From the NCBI GenBank assembly GCA_964016885.1, contig OZ024747.1:88784001-88848000 (forward strand): a stretch of 64,000 nt of DNA. Direction: 5' to 3'. The first letter of the stretch is position 1; each line of letters begins with the position of its first letter. Positions 37,781 through 50,022 of the stretch are shown here, piece by piece. Position numbers and translations under genes: made by a program. The stretch is from Eledone cirrhosa (taxonomy: Eukaryota). The notes under the pieces are model-generated. The model searched no databases. It was not told the origin of the DNA and saw only the letters and a list, made by a program, of their open reading frames with translations.

Positions 37781-37981
37781 CACTTTACCATTTACATTAC
37801 TCTATATTTACTATTGTATTTTCATGGTAAAGGCTTTACCTCACATAATTATTTCACATAATGTTGAATCTATGAGATTTTAATATTATTTATTTTGAGA
37901 ACAATACCTTAACATCAGTATGAGTGGCCAGTTATGGTGAAAGAATTCTGACTAGATATGGCTGGTTTAAATGCTAAAGGG
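37781..37981. mobile_element. piggyBac-type (TTAA) MITE inserted into a minus-strand SINE A (37725-38145)
   Basis: TTAA-CACTTTACCATTT...AAATGCTAAAGGG-TTAA, with the SINE resuming on both sides. Confidence 0.8.
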
Positions 37982-38232
37982 TTAAATCAACTCCAGTACT
38001 TGACTGGGATTTTATTTTATCAACCTTGGAAGGATGAAAAGCAGAGTTGACCATGGCAGGATTTGAAATCAGAATGTAAAGAATGAGTTAAATGCTGTAA
38101 TGGCATATTGTCTGATGCTCTACCAATTATACCAATCCACCACCCTGTTGCTTACAAAATAAAACCCTCATAAGATCCTGAATATGTTCTATTTAATGGC
38201 TATACAGTGTTTCATATATGACAAAATTTAGA

Positions 38233-38710
38233 TGCAGCATGATTGAATGGTTAAGGAGTTAGCTTCGCAATCATTAGGTCCCAGGTTCAAACCCAGTGTG
38301 GCATCTTGGTAAAGGGTCATTTAACATAGCCTCAGGTCAACCATGCCTTGTGATTGAGACTCGGTAGATGGGAACTGTTCGGAAGCCTGTCAAATGGACT
38401 GTATCTTCTTTTTCTCGTTTATCTCCTCCTTCTTCACCCAATTATTCCTGAGAGGGTCGTGAAGGCAGAGTCCTCAAACACTCCTTCCAGTGGGTCCTGT
38501 CAGAAGCAACCGTCTCTAACTGATCCGGTTTGATCCCCAGATGAGACCAGCTGAACTCATGGATGTTATCCAAGCATCTTGCTCAGGGTCTACCTTGTTA
38601 CACACTCTGTCATGCTGAGAATTACGTTAAGGATACACATGCCTTACAACTTAAGTTCATGGTCAAACAATTAGAACACAGATCTTTGGAACCAATGGAG
38701 GTCCAACACA
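38233..38710 (+). mobile_element. SINE C interrupted by an Expander-like RTE 3' end (38420-38595, minus strand)
   Basis: tRNA-like head at 38233; 38420-38595 is the reverse complement of 10545-10710. Confidence 0.75.
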
Positions 38711-39054
38711 AGGATGTGTGTGTGTATGTATGTGTGTGAGTATGTGTATGTATGTGTATGTAATATGTATGTGTGTGTATGTATGTATGTGTGTGTATGT
38801 ATGTATGTGTGTTTATGAGTATGTATGTATATGTGTGTGTATATGAATAATTAATGAAAAGAAAATTAGAAAAACACTGATTCCCGAAATAGTGATTTAC
38901 ATGAGACAAGAACTAAAATGAATGACATCAATTATTAACAAGTATACAATATATATTACATGATCCAATAGACAAGTAGAAATTGATAGTGTCTGCTGTT
39001 GGAGTGAAATGTTATGTTTATTTTGCTATATTGATGGGTCTTATTATTTAGTGT

Positions 39055-39880
39055 ACTGGACACCATGCTTCACAGCATGGAGTTACGGCCATTTACGTTT
39101 TGATTTCAAATCCTGCCGAGGTTAACTTTACCTTTCATCCTTACTAGGTCGATAAAATAAAGTACCAGTCATACACTATGGTCGATTTAATTGACTTTCC
39201 CTCCTTTTTTTGCTGGCTTTGTGCCTATAGTAGTAATCATTATTTAGAGCGTTGGATACCATGTTTCACGGCATAGAGCTACGGCCCTTTACGTTCTGAT
39301 TTCAAATCACGCCGAGGTTAGCTTTGCCTTTTATCCTTATGAGGGCGATAAAATAAAATACCAGTAATGCACTGGGGTTGATTTTGTCGATTTCCCCCTT
39401 CCCCTCACGTTGCTGGCCTTGTGCCAAATGTAGAAACAATTAATCAGTTATTTATCAGGGTAGTAGATTGTCGTTGGACAAGACAACATGCTTTGTGGTA
39501 TAGAGCTATGGCCCTTTATGTTCTGAGTTCAAATCCTGCTGAAGTTAACTTTGCCTGTTATCCTTACTGGGTCAATAAAATAAAGTACCAGTCATGCACT
39601 GGGGTCGATTTAATCAACTTTCCCCTTGCCCCTTGTTTTGCTGGCCTTGTGCCAAAATCAGAGACCATTATTTATCAGTTCTTTGTAACAGTATTTGTTC
39701 TGGCTCTTTACATTCTGAGTTCAAATCCAGTCATGGTCAACTTTACCTTTCATCCTTCTTGGGTTGAAATATATATAGTACCAGTAAATAATATATAGTA
39801 CCAGTCAAGTACTGGGGTTTATTTGATCAACTTTGCACCTTCCTACAAATGTGTTGGCTTTGTGCCATTGGTAAAAAGAA
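39055..39880 (+). mobile_element. Four head-to-tail SINE A copies
   Basis: B-box and core recur at about 39100, 39295, 39520 and 39715. Confidence 0.9.
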
Positions 39881-40027
39881 TTATATATTAATAAATTACT
39901 AAGTTTCAGAAAGCCAGTGCAATGCAGTAGAAATATATAAAGGACAAAGGACGACAAATAAAACAAAACAAAGTAATGTTTTTACCCAGTGTATTTCAAC
40001 TTAATATTTCAAATGTGAATACTAACT

Positions 40028-40410
40028 TGATATAAACATGTTATAAATGATATCCAAGTTGATATAAGCATGGTATAAATGATATCTGTTGATATTGATA
40101 TATTATAAATTATATCAATTGATATAAACATGTTATAAATGATATCTATTGATATAGATATGTTATAAATGATATCTAAATTGATATAAACATGTTATAA
40201 ATATCTAAATTGATATAAACATGTTATAAATGATATCTATTGATATAGATATGTTAAAAATGATATCTAAATTGATATAAACATGTTATAAATATCTAAA
40301 TTGATATAAACATGTTATAAATGATATCTAAATTGATATAGACATATTATAAATGATATCTAAATTGATATAGACATATAAATAATATCCATTGATATAG
40401 ACATGTAACA
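40028..40410. repeat. AT-rich 29-32-bp minisatellite, about 12 units
   Basis: TTGATATAAACATGTTATAAATGATATCTAAA and variants. Confidence 0.95.
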
Positions 40411-40680
40411 TTAAAAAGCAATATATTATGGAGAAAGCAGTAGCAACATTTAGTGGTGGAAAAAAAAAGACTTGCAGTTGAGCTAGGTGGAAGAAAATGT
40501 GTATTTAGTTACTAAAGACCTAAAAATATTGGTAATCAATGACATAGGATCACGATCTGTGGCGAGATGTATTGTAGATCTGTCTAACCTCTAGCAGCAT
40601 GGAAAAACAAATATTGAAATGATGATAATGTTGATTGTGATGATGACAATGATGATGATAGACAACTGCTGCCTGTTAAA

Positions 40681-41115
40681 CCCTTTAGTATTTACATTAC
40701 TCTATATTTACTATTATATTTTCACGATAAAGGCTTTACCTCACATAATTATCTCACATAATATTGAATCTATGAGATTTTGATATTATTCATTTTGAGA
40801 ACAATACCTTAATGCCAGTATGAGCAGCTGGTTACAGCAGATTTGAACAAAAAGAGGTGAGAGAATTCTAGCCAGGTTAATTAACACTTTAGCATTCACA
40901 TTACACTATATTTACTAGTGTATTTTCACACAAGAGGCTTTATCTCACAAAATTATCTCACATAATTAACTCACATAATATCGAAACTACAAGGTTTTCA
41001 TATTTATTTTGAGAACAATAGGTTAACGTTCGTATAGGCGTCTAGATACGACCAGTTTGACAAGAAAGAGGTGAGAGAATTCTGGCCGAATACAGCCGGT
41101 TTAAATGCTAAAAGG
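40681..41115. mobile_element. Two tandem piggyBac-type MITEs of the same family as 37781
   Basis: CCCTTTAGTATTTACATTACTC..., junction GGTTAATTAACACTTTAGC, end AAATGCTAAAAGG-TTAA. Confidence 0.8.
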
Positions 41116-41809
41116 TTAAGGTAAGCCAGTTTAACCTTTATCAAGATGTTAGAGATAGACAGTATTAAAGTGGTGATTATTTCAAACTTCTAAAATTTCT
41201 ACTTAATGTGATCCCAAGAGAATGACAATAATGTTTAGTTACATGACACCTTAATATGTTCTAACGAACAGACCACCAACATAGGCTGTCCACTTGCCAT
41301 TTAATCATATTTCACAAATTAAGGATTTCATTCAGAACATATGAAGGTCAGCCTGTCTTGTCCTTATAGCACACAAACAATAACATATTCACACAGATAG
41401 ACACATAGACCACACACACGTACACACAGACAGACACATTCACTCACCCCACATACACACTTACACATTCACACACATTCATACACTTCCTCTCTTTCTC
41501 TCTCTCTTACACACACATACTCACAGACTAAGTTTGTTTGTTTGATAATTAACTTACTCAATATTGAAATTCTTGTTATTGAAATTCCTACCTTCACCAC
41601 CACCACCACTACTACCACCTGATTTAGATACAAGGTCAACAATTTGGAAGGAGAGGAAAGTTGATTAAATCAACACCAGTATGTAACTGGTACTTTATTT
41701 TATCAACCTTGAAATGATGAAAAGCAAAGCTAACCTCAACAGGATTTGAACTCAGAATGTAAATGGATGTAACTACATGCCACAATAGTAATACATGACC
41801 CTTTTGGGG

Positions 41810-42412
41810 GCATGGTTTCTACTGCTGGATGCCCTTCCTATCACCAACCAGTCTATGCCAGGTGCATTTGGCATGGTTTCTGAGGTTGGAAGTCATTCCC
41901 AAACCAAACCACTTTACAGTATGTATTGGTTGTATTTTATCATGGCACCAGCATTAGAAAGGTAGTCATACTGTGACTGAACACTTTTTTGGCATGGATT
42001 CTATGGTTAGAAGCCAGTTACAAAACCAACTACTTTACAGAGTGTATTGGGTGCATTTTATCAGTTTCTAGAGTTGAAAGCCATTCCCAACAACAACAAC
42101 CAGTACCTCTTTACAGAGTGTATTGGGTGCATGTTTATTGTGGCACCAGCACTACAGAAGTTGTGCTGTGACAGAAGGACTCTCTCAACACTTTATAACA
42201 TTGTTCCTAGGGTTGAAAGCCATTCCCAACAACAACCACCACTTTACAGAGTGTACTGGGTGCATGTTTATCATGACACCAGTACTACAGAAGTTGTACT
42301 ATGACAGAAGGATGCTCTCAACACTTTATGTCATTGTTCCTAACAACAACAACCACCACCACCACCACTTTACAGAGTGTACTGGGTGCATGTTTAACAT
42401 GACACCAGCACT
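41810..42412. repeat. Degenerate tandem repeat derived from an RTE 3' UTR segment
   Basis: CCACTTTACAGAGTGTACTGGGTGCATGTTTATCATGACACCAG occurs about 5-6 times; the same motif is at 48145-48235. Confidence 0.75.
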
Positions 42413-42619
42413 ATATCATATTAATTATTAATCTAATTCCTCAAGGTAACTTATCTCACAGTAATTATGACCAACAATATTTTCAGAGTTTACTCATCTC
42501 CATTATGGCTTCTTCTCCTTATCAAGTGATAACATTAATTTCTAACAATATTCAAATTTTATCTTAAAACTGGGGATTTTTTTTATGTATAAATTTACTA
42601 CATGAAGACAAATGAAACA

Positions 42620-43310
42620 AATACACACACAATACATACATATACTGATACATGATATATACACAATAAATAGATACATATGGACACATACATACACACA
42701 CACACAATAGATACATACATATGGACACATACACACATACAATAGATACATACTGACACACATACATACACAATACATACATATGTATGGGCACATACAC
42801 ACACACAATACACACTGACACATGTAATACATACTGACACATGCAACACAATACATACATACTGACTTATGCAATACACATACACACACACACTATAGTT
42901 ATACTAACATGCAATACATACTCAATACATACATAGATATCTTCATTTATATAGTGATACTTTAGTATATTCTAGGTTGTTTCTGTATGTTTTGTGAGAG
43001 AGAGAGGGGGAGAGGGGTGTAGGTATGTGAATGTGTGTATGGCAAGGTGTGAATGTGTGTGGCAAGGTGTGAAAGTGTGTATGTGTGAGGAGATGTGTGT
43101 GTGAGAAGGTGTAAATGTGTGTGAGAGAAGGTGTATGTGAGAGAGAAGGTGTGTGTGTGTGTGAGGTGTAAATGTGTGTGAGAGGAGGTTGTGAATGTGT
43201 ATGTGAGAGAGAAGGTGTGTGTGTGTGTGTGAGAAAGTGTGGATGTGTGTGTGTGAGAAAGTGTGGATGAGTGTGTGTGAGAAGGTGTCAATGTGTATAT
43301 GTGTGTGTGT
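42620..43310. repeat. Degenerate (CA/TA) tract followed by a (GT/GA) tract
   Basis: Directly visible low-complexity sequence. Confidence 0.9.
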
Positions 43311-43484
43311 TGTTAGAAATTGAAAAACTGGTCTTGTATGTCCTTATTAAAGACATGGTTGTGACATTTCAAACAGAATATACTGATAATTATCAATATA
43401 TTAATTATGGCAGTAATTATAATTGGTGTGTTGTTTTCTCTAATCTACTCATTTACATTAAAATTTTAACCATTTCATTACCAT

Positions 43485-43745
43485 CTAAAATGGAGAGTGT
43501 CCATCAAAACAGCTGCAGTCAGCTTTGAGGAGGGCAGGAAGACAGCAGCTGAAGACAAACATCAAAGAAGAAAGCTGTCCCTCACCCAACCACCAACTGA
43601 GCAAGTACACACTTGCCCCAACAGTACCAGACTCTGTGGGTCCAGGATTGGCCTCTACAGCTACCTCAGCATGTGCACCACATGAGACAGGACAACAATT
43701 CTTCCCACTGATCTTTACAATTGAAGAATTCACCATTCATCATTT
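43485..43745 (+). mobile_element. RTE (BovB-like) LINE 3' end
   Basis: SFEEGRKTAAEDKHQRRK...HTCPNSTRLCGSRIGLYSY. Confidence 0.8.
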
Positions 43746-44190
43746 TTTTTTTATTAAAGACACTGCCTATAATTTTTAAATCATTTTAAAAATAATCAAG
43801 AATTTGGAGTGATTTAGTAATATAACTAACTTTCTTATTACTAAACTAGTGTTTGGAACACATCTTAACAAAAGGTTCTTATATAAAATTATTATGGAAG
43901 GTTTTTAGATAAATATAAACACTTGAAAATAGAGAGTTTTGTATCATAGAAACAGGAGTGGTTTTAGGCAGTTTGGTATGAAAACAAAGTTAATGTATTT
44001 CAGATACGACAAGAGGCATAGTGGCATTGCTCTACTGGACATAGAATTATCATCATCATCATCATCATTATCATTTAATGTCTATTTTTCCATGCTTGCA
44101 TGGGTTAGACAGGTTGTCACATTATGAGATAAGTCAGGTCCAGAGACTACATCATGCTCATATGGATCCATCAATTCCAGCTCTGCTTAA

Positions 44191-44388
44191 CCCTTTAACA
44201 TTTAAACCAGCTGTGTCTGGCCAGAATTCTCTCACTTCTTTCTGTTCAAACCGGCTGCTCATACTGATGTTAAGGTATTGTTCTCAAAATAAATAATATC
44301 AAAATCTCATAGATTCAATATTATATGAGATGATTATCTAAAATAAAGCCTTTACCACAAAAACACAATAGTACTGTATGCTAAAGGG
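44191..44388. mobile_element. piggyBac-type MITE in opposite orientation to 37781
   Basis: TTAA-CCCTTTAACATTT...TATGCTAAAGGG-TTAA. Confidence 0.8.
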
Positions 44389-45167
44389 TTAAAGTCTTGT
44401 ATAAACTGACTCCATTTGTTTAACCCCAAACCAGCCTTAATTCAACAGACCTATCATCAAGGGCATTCCATCCATGACTATCACATGCCTTTTTTTTTTT
44501 TGTATATCAGTTACTATGTCGTACAATGTATCTGTTATTTAACACTTTTTACACGAACCTGTCTGAAATTACACTATGATATGAAAATATCTGTTTTAAA
44601 AGTACTCATATTTATATAAAACTTTCTTCATAATTTTATTTAAGAAATTTTTGTAAAAAAAAGTTCCAAATATCAGCTTACTCATGAAAAATGTTACTAA
44701 ATTTCTCTCAAGTTTTGATTATTTTCAATATTAGCAGGCAGAGTGTTTCATTGGAAATATAGTAACAAGAAGGTTAAGACAGATTTGATTTGAGAGAAAT
44801 TTGGCTGTTATTTCCTGAGGGTTTGAGTATCTTTCAGTTCCATTTACATTTCACCAATGTTTGGCTAATGGCCAGGAAGTCTCCCAGGTGTACAAAAAAG
44901 ATTACTCCAACTATATTCAAATTTACACACACCTTTCCATCAATGTTTATGGAATACTGAAGGAAATATAACAAATATAATGGTATGTATGTGTCTGTAT
45001 ATTTGTTTGTGCATATGTTTGTATATATGTGTGCATGTGTATGTGTGTGTATATCTTTGTATACATGTGTATGTGTATGTATATATATATGTATGCATTT
45101 GTACATGTGTATATGATATATACATGTATGCATTTGTATATGTATATAATATATACATGTATTCATT

Positions 45168-45205
<38 letters not shown>

Positions 45206-45411
45206 TATATACATACACACACACACATGTACTCCCCCCCCCCACACACACATTCTCACACATTTATTAATGGGAAAAACTTGTCTACAGTGAGTTGTAT
45301 TCTTGCAAGGTCAGTTACATGTAAACAAGGAAGCAGCAGTCAGTGTCAATAAGAAGATAAAAGAGGGGAGAAAAAACAACCATTGTGTTTACATCATATC
45401 TTGGCTACCCC

Positions 45412-45454
45412 CAGAGAGGGAGAGAGAGAGAGGGAGATACTGATAGATTGAGAA

Positions 45455-45486
<32 letters not shown>

Positions 45487-45603
45487 TGACAGATAGATGG
45501 ATAGAGAGAGAGTAAGAGATAGAGAGAGAGAGAGAGTGTGAGTGATAGAGAGAGAGAGTGTGTGAGTGAGAGAGAGGAAGTAACAGAGAGATAGATAGAT
45601 ACT

Positions 45604-45634
<31 letters not shown>

Positions 45635-45790
45635 TGACAGATAGATGGATAGAGAGAGAGTAAGAGATAGAGAGAGAGAGAGTGTGAGTGATAGAGAGAG
45701 AGAGAGAGAGTGTGTGAGTGAGAGAGAGAGTGTGAGTGAGTGAGAGAGAGGAAGTAACAGAGAGATAGATAGATAGTGAGAGAGAGAGAG
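45412..45790. repeat. Compound GA/GACA/GATA microsatellite with an internal block duplication
   Basis: The block GACAGACTGACAGATAGATGGATAGAG...GAGGAAGTAACAGAGAGATAGATAGAT occurs twice. Confidence 0.92.
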
Positions 45791-47691
45791 CATATAATTA
45801 TCTATATGATAGAGAACAATCAATTGGTTGTCAGTTCTTATTTGTGTAGACACTTGATACCTTACATGGTTGAATGGGGGGGGGGTATCAAGCTCCTTCT
45901 CCTTCTCCTACCTAGTTCACACTCACAGTCAACACATACTTCAACATAAGTCAAACACTATTGAAGCCTTTTGTTGCCTGCATTAGCATCTGTAATGCAA
46001 ACAGCTTCAGTCTATTTATTTATCTGTTTATTTATTGCTATATACCAACGAGCCTAACAATGAATCTTCAATTCACATTTACTGCTCAGTTTTTCTATGT
46101 ATTTATTTCATTGTAATGTTTCTCTTAATGAAGTTGCTGTTTGAAGGAAAAGGTTTCACTCAAATCAATTATTTAACTGCCATTTTGTTTTTGTCCATTG
46201 TCAATTTAATTTTTGTTTATTTGTATGTTGGTGTGTTTTTTTTGTGGGGGTGCGAGTGTTATTTGTTCAGTTTTTGGAGGGGAATAGATTTATCTGTGTA
46301 TAGGTTAAATATTTCTGCATATTCTGAATTTTGTTGGTAATTGTTAAACACAGCTATTTGAAAATGATTGGTTGCTTGTCTTTCATGTCAATTGATCCAA
46401 TCCAATTTAATCCCAGGTCTTCTCACTCCTCTATTTGGGGGAGGAACCTCTCCCTGGTTCACCTCCACCACTTTATTTGGTTTTGGTCATGTCAGGGGTG
46501 TAGTCGTACTCACCACACTTAGCCAACTGTGGGCTCATGAGGTTATTTAAACCCATAATTGGGGTGGATGGCCATTGACTCTGAGGAGTTCATCTGCCCT
46601 TTTTACAGCTCTTGTTTTTCTGTGCTACTGGGGTTCCATTTACCCTCCTCACCAGACCAGGGTCTAGTGGGGGAGCCAGTTTAGTCATCAACCATGAAGC
46701 AAGTTGATCACTTATCAGCCAATGAAGTTTCTATCAAGCACACTGCCTGACTGCAGAGAGATGTGTATACTTCATGACGTTTCAGATGCTAAGTGTTCTG
46801 TCATGGTCTTTGCTCGACTCAGGATTAGCTGAGCAAAGATGTGTCTGATAGACTGTGACCTCACCTATTTATCATCAAGGAAATGCTGGAGATGTTGCAA
46901 TCACAGCTCAGAACTGTGCATCATCATCCACAGCATGCATATTCCTCCATACAGTTGCTATGGGCAGCAAAAGGGTTGCCTGATCAGAAGAACATGTCCC
47001 TTCTACAAAATGCAAAAGAACAGACACTCCTGTTCACTTCAGTCAGATGTGAACTTGGACAAAGCACAACGACTAGGCAGTAATAGATGACTGACTTGGT
47101 GACCAATATTTTTTACCTCAACTTGACCTTTCAGGTATGAAATGCAACCATGAAAACAACGGAAAAGAGAAATCTTTTTTTAATGGTTTCCAATAAAATT
47201 TGAAAAGATAAGGAGGTTTCTTAAAATAGGATCACAAGCAAGATATTGATACATTTTCTGCTGAAGTGTGCTGAAAATTACGATAATATGATTTAACCCT
47301 AAACATCTAGTAATGGTATAGCAGAAAATATATATTAAAAAAAAACGAGTTTTCTAATTCAAATTTTTATAGTATTTTACTAGTGGAAAGATTGTTGTAA
47401 AAATTTGCAGTAAACTGATGTAAGTACTTCAGTTTTTAATGTGATGTATCCATGGTGCTATTTTATATTTTTCAAAAATGTCTTTCTAATGTAGTTTCAT
47501 GTGATACTGGGTGACAATAGCTTGCTAAGTTTGTCAAATGAATATAATGCATTGACAATAGCTGGCATGAAATGAGAACATAAAATGAGGATGAGAATGA
47601 TAATGAGGATACACCCTCCGCTTCAAATTAATGGGGAGACACATGCACACACTTATATTGATGGATGCACACACTCACACATACATATATT

Positions 47692-47828
47692 ATTTAGAAA
47701 ATATTTACATATTTTTCAGTTTAGAAATATATTAAAATGTGTGTGTGTGTGTGTGTATGTGTGCGCACGCACACATACACATTTTTAATATATTTCTAAA
47801 CTGAAATATATGTAAATATTTTCTAAAT
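47692..47828. repeat. Foldback (inverted repeat) centred on a TG/CA microsatellite
   Basis: ATTTAGAAAATATTTACATATTTTTCAGTTTAGAAATATATTAAAA versus TTTTAATATATTTCTAAACTGAAATATATGTAAATATTTTCTAAAT. Confidence 0.9.
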
Positions 47829-47887
47829 TGTACATAAATAGAATACAGTTCATATATTTAATAAATATTTATATATTCTGTCTCAAA

Positions 47888-47927
<40 letters not shown>

Positions 47928-47974
47928 AACACACACACATATATTATCAGCATTTAATGTCTGCTTTCCTTGAC

Positions 47975-48758
47975 ATGATCATCATCATCATCATCATCAC
48001 CGTTTTACGTCCGTTCTTCCACGCTAGCATGGGTTAGACGGGTTGTCCTGTTGTGGGCAGTGTCTGGTCGGCTGACCATGCCTTGCTCATACAGGAACTG
48101 ATCTGGCTTGATTTCTACAGCTGGATGCCCTTCCTAACACCAACCTCATTTACAGTGAGTGCTGGGTGCTTTTTCGTGGCGCCTACACGTCCACTTTACA
48201 GTGTGGGCTGGGTGCTTTTTTGCCGTGGCACCTCCACGACCACCTTGCGGTGGGGGGGGGGGCATATTGTTTATATGCTTCAGCATGTACCCATGGGAGG
48301 TCGGGTACCCTGTATTACTGCGTGACGCCAGAAGTCACGGTCGTGTGTCATTGACTTTGAGAGGTGTAGTTGGGTAAGGTCGGCTTTTATCACCTCATCC
48401 CAAGTCATCTTGGGTCTCCCCACTCCGCGGTTTCCATCAACTTCTAGTGCTCTGCACCTTTTTATGCAGCTGTCATCCTTCATACGCATCACATGTCCAT
48501 ACCAGCGTAACCGCCTCTCCTGCACGCAGCATTTGATTCCTCTTATGCTCAGTCTCTCTCTCAATTCATTTATGCTTTGTCGTTCACGTATATTACTGTT
48601 ACACATCCATCGGAGCATGCAGGCTTCGTTTCTCTCTAATCTACGTAAGTCTTCCACCTTCAGCGCCCAGGTCTCACTACCATGCAACATCGCTGTTCGG
48701 ATACACGCATCATACAGTCTGCCTTTCATTCTGAGGGAGAAGCCTTTTGCAGCTAGCA
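47975..48758 (-). mobile_element. Young 5'-truncated RTE LINE: intact ORF C-terminus, 3' UTR and (GAT)n tail
   Basis: KGRLYDACIRTAMLHGSETW...ERRLRWYGHVMRM...GRPKMTWDEVIKADL...DRDFWR with no stops; the tail reads as (CAT)n on the plus strand. Confidence 0.93.
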
Positions 48759-48820
48759 TGATATGTCGATAAATTGTCTGTGTGTGTATGTGTATATATA
48801 TATATACACACACACACACA

Positions 48821-49148
48821 CAGTGGAACTTCGGTTCACAAACTTAATTGATTCCCTGAAGGCTGTTCGTGACCCAAAATGTTTGTTAACTGAAATTATC
48901 TTTCTCATACGAATGTTAAGAGAGAAATACAGTAAAAGAGAGAGAAAGAGTGTGTGTTTAAGACAGATAGATATCACTATAGTAACTATCTACACAGCAA
49001 GTGATGCTTTCCTACCAATATACCAAGCTTGTTGCCAACCATTGTTGCTGGCTTGCTTGTTCATTACTCGAGACATCGTTCATGAACTGAGATGTTTTAT
49101 ATTTGGAAAAATTGTTTGTGAGCCAATTTGTAAACTTAGGTTCCCCTG
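48821..49148. mobile_element. pogo/Tigger-like MITE
   Basis: TIRs CAGTGGAACTTCGGTTCACAAA and TTTGTAAACTTAGGTTCCCCTG, followed by TA. Confidence 0.7.
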
Positions 49149-49169
49149 TATTTAAAACCAATTGCTGAA

Positions 49170-49209
<40 letters not shown>

Positions 49210-49252
49210 TAGTGTTGGTGCTCTGAAATAGCGATGTATATATGAATGTACA

Positions 49253-49442
49253 TATAGTATATTTGATAATATACTGTATGTTTATTTACAAACATTTTGA
49301 AGACCATTTCGCTATGAATTTTAAATTAGTGACTACGTCATATATTTAGTCTTGTGACATAGTCACTACTTTAAAATTCTTAGCAAATGGTCTCCAAAAT
49401 ATTTGTAAATAAGCATACGGGTATATTATCAAGTATACTATA
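49253..49442. repeat. Imperfect palindrome with ~90-bp arms and a ~10-nt loop
   Basis: TATAGTATATTTGATAATATAC...TAGTGACTACGTCATA pairs with TGTGACATAGTCACTA...GTATATTATCAAGTATACTATA. Confidence 0.9.
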
Positions 49443-49687
49443 CTTACATATATATGTGAGTGTGTGTATATATATATATGTATGTAGCTTAATGTATTGC
49501 AACCTTATGTTACTGTTGGTTCATCAACTTGAGCACACGATGTGTAGGAGGGTCCGTTTAAGGCTACTATGTGGTGTTATACATTTAGTGGTATACTATG
49601 TCGCTTTCCCACAGAAGCAGAGTGAAATATTAACAATAAGTACGGTTGAGGTGTCAAAGTATCATTATTAAGATTGGCATTATTAAG

Positions 49688-50022
49688 GGGCGGTGGATTG
49701 GCAGTATCGGTAGAGGGTCGGACGCCATGCTTTCCAGCATAGTTACGTCCCTTTATGATCTGAGTTCAAATCCCGCCGAGGTTGACTTTGCCTTTCATCC
49801 TTACGGGGTTGATAAAATAAAGTACCAGTAATGCACTGGGTAATTGCTGGCCTTGTGCCTAAAGTAGAAACAATTATTAAGATTGGCAGTATCGGTAGAG
49901 GGTCGGACGCCATGTTTTGCAGCAAAGAGTTACGGCCCTTTATGGTCTGAATTCAAATCCCGCCAAGGTTAACTTTGCCTTTCATCCTTACGGGGTCGAT
50001 AAAATAAAGTACCAGTAATACA
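49688..50022 (+). mobile_element. Two young SINE A copies, the first inserted at the head of the second
   Basis: 16-bp duplication ATTATTAAGATTGGCA at 49664-49679 and 49873-49888. Confidence 0.92.
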
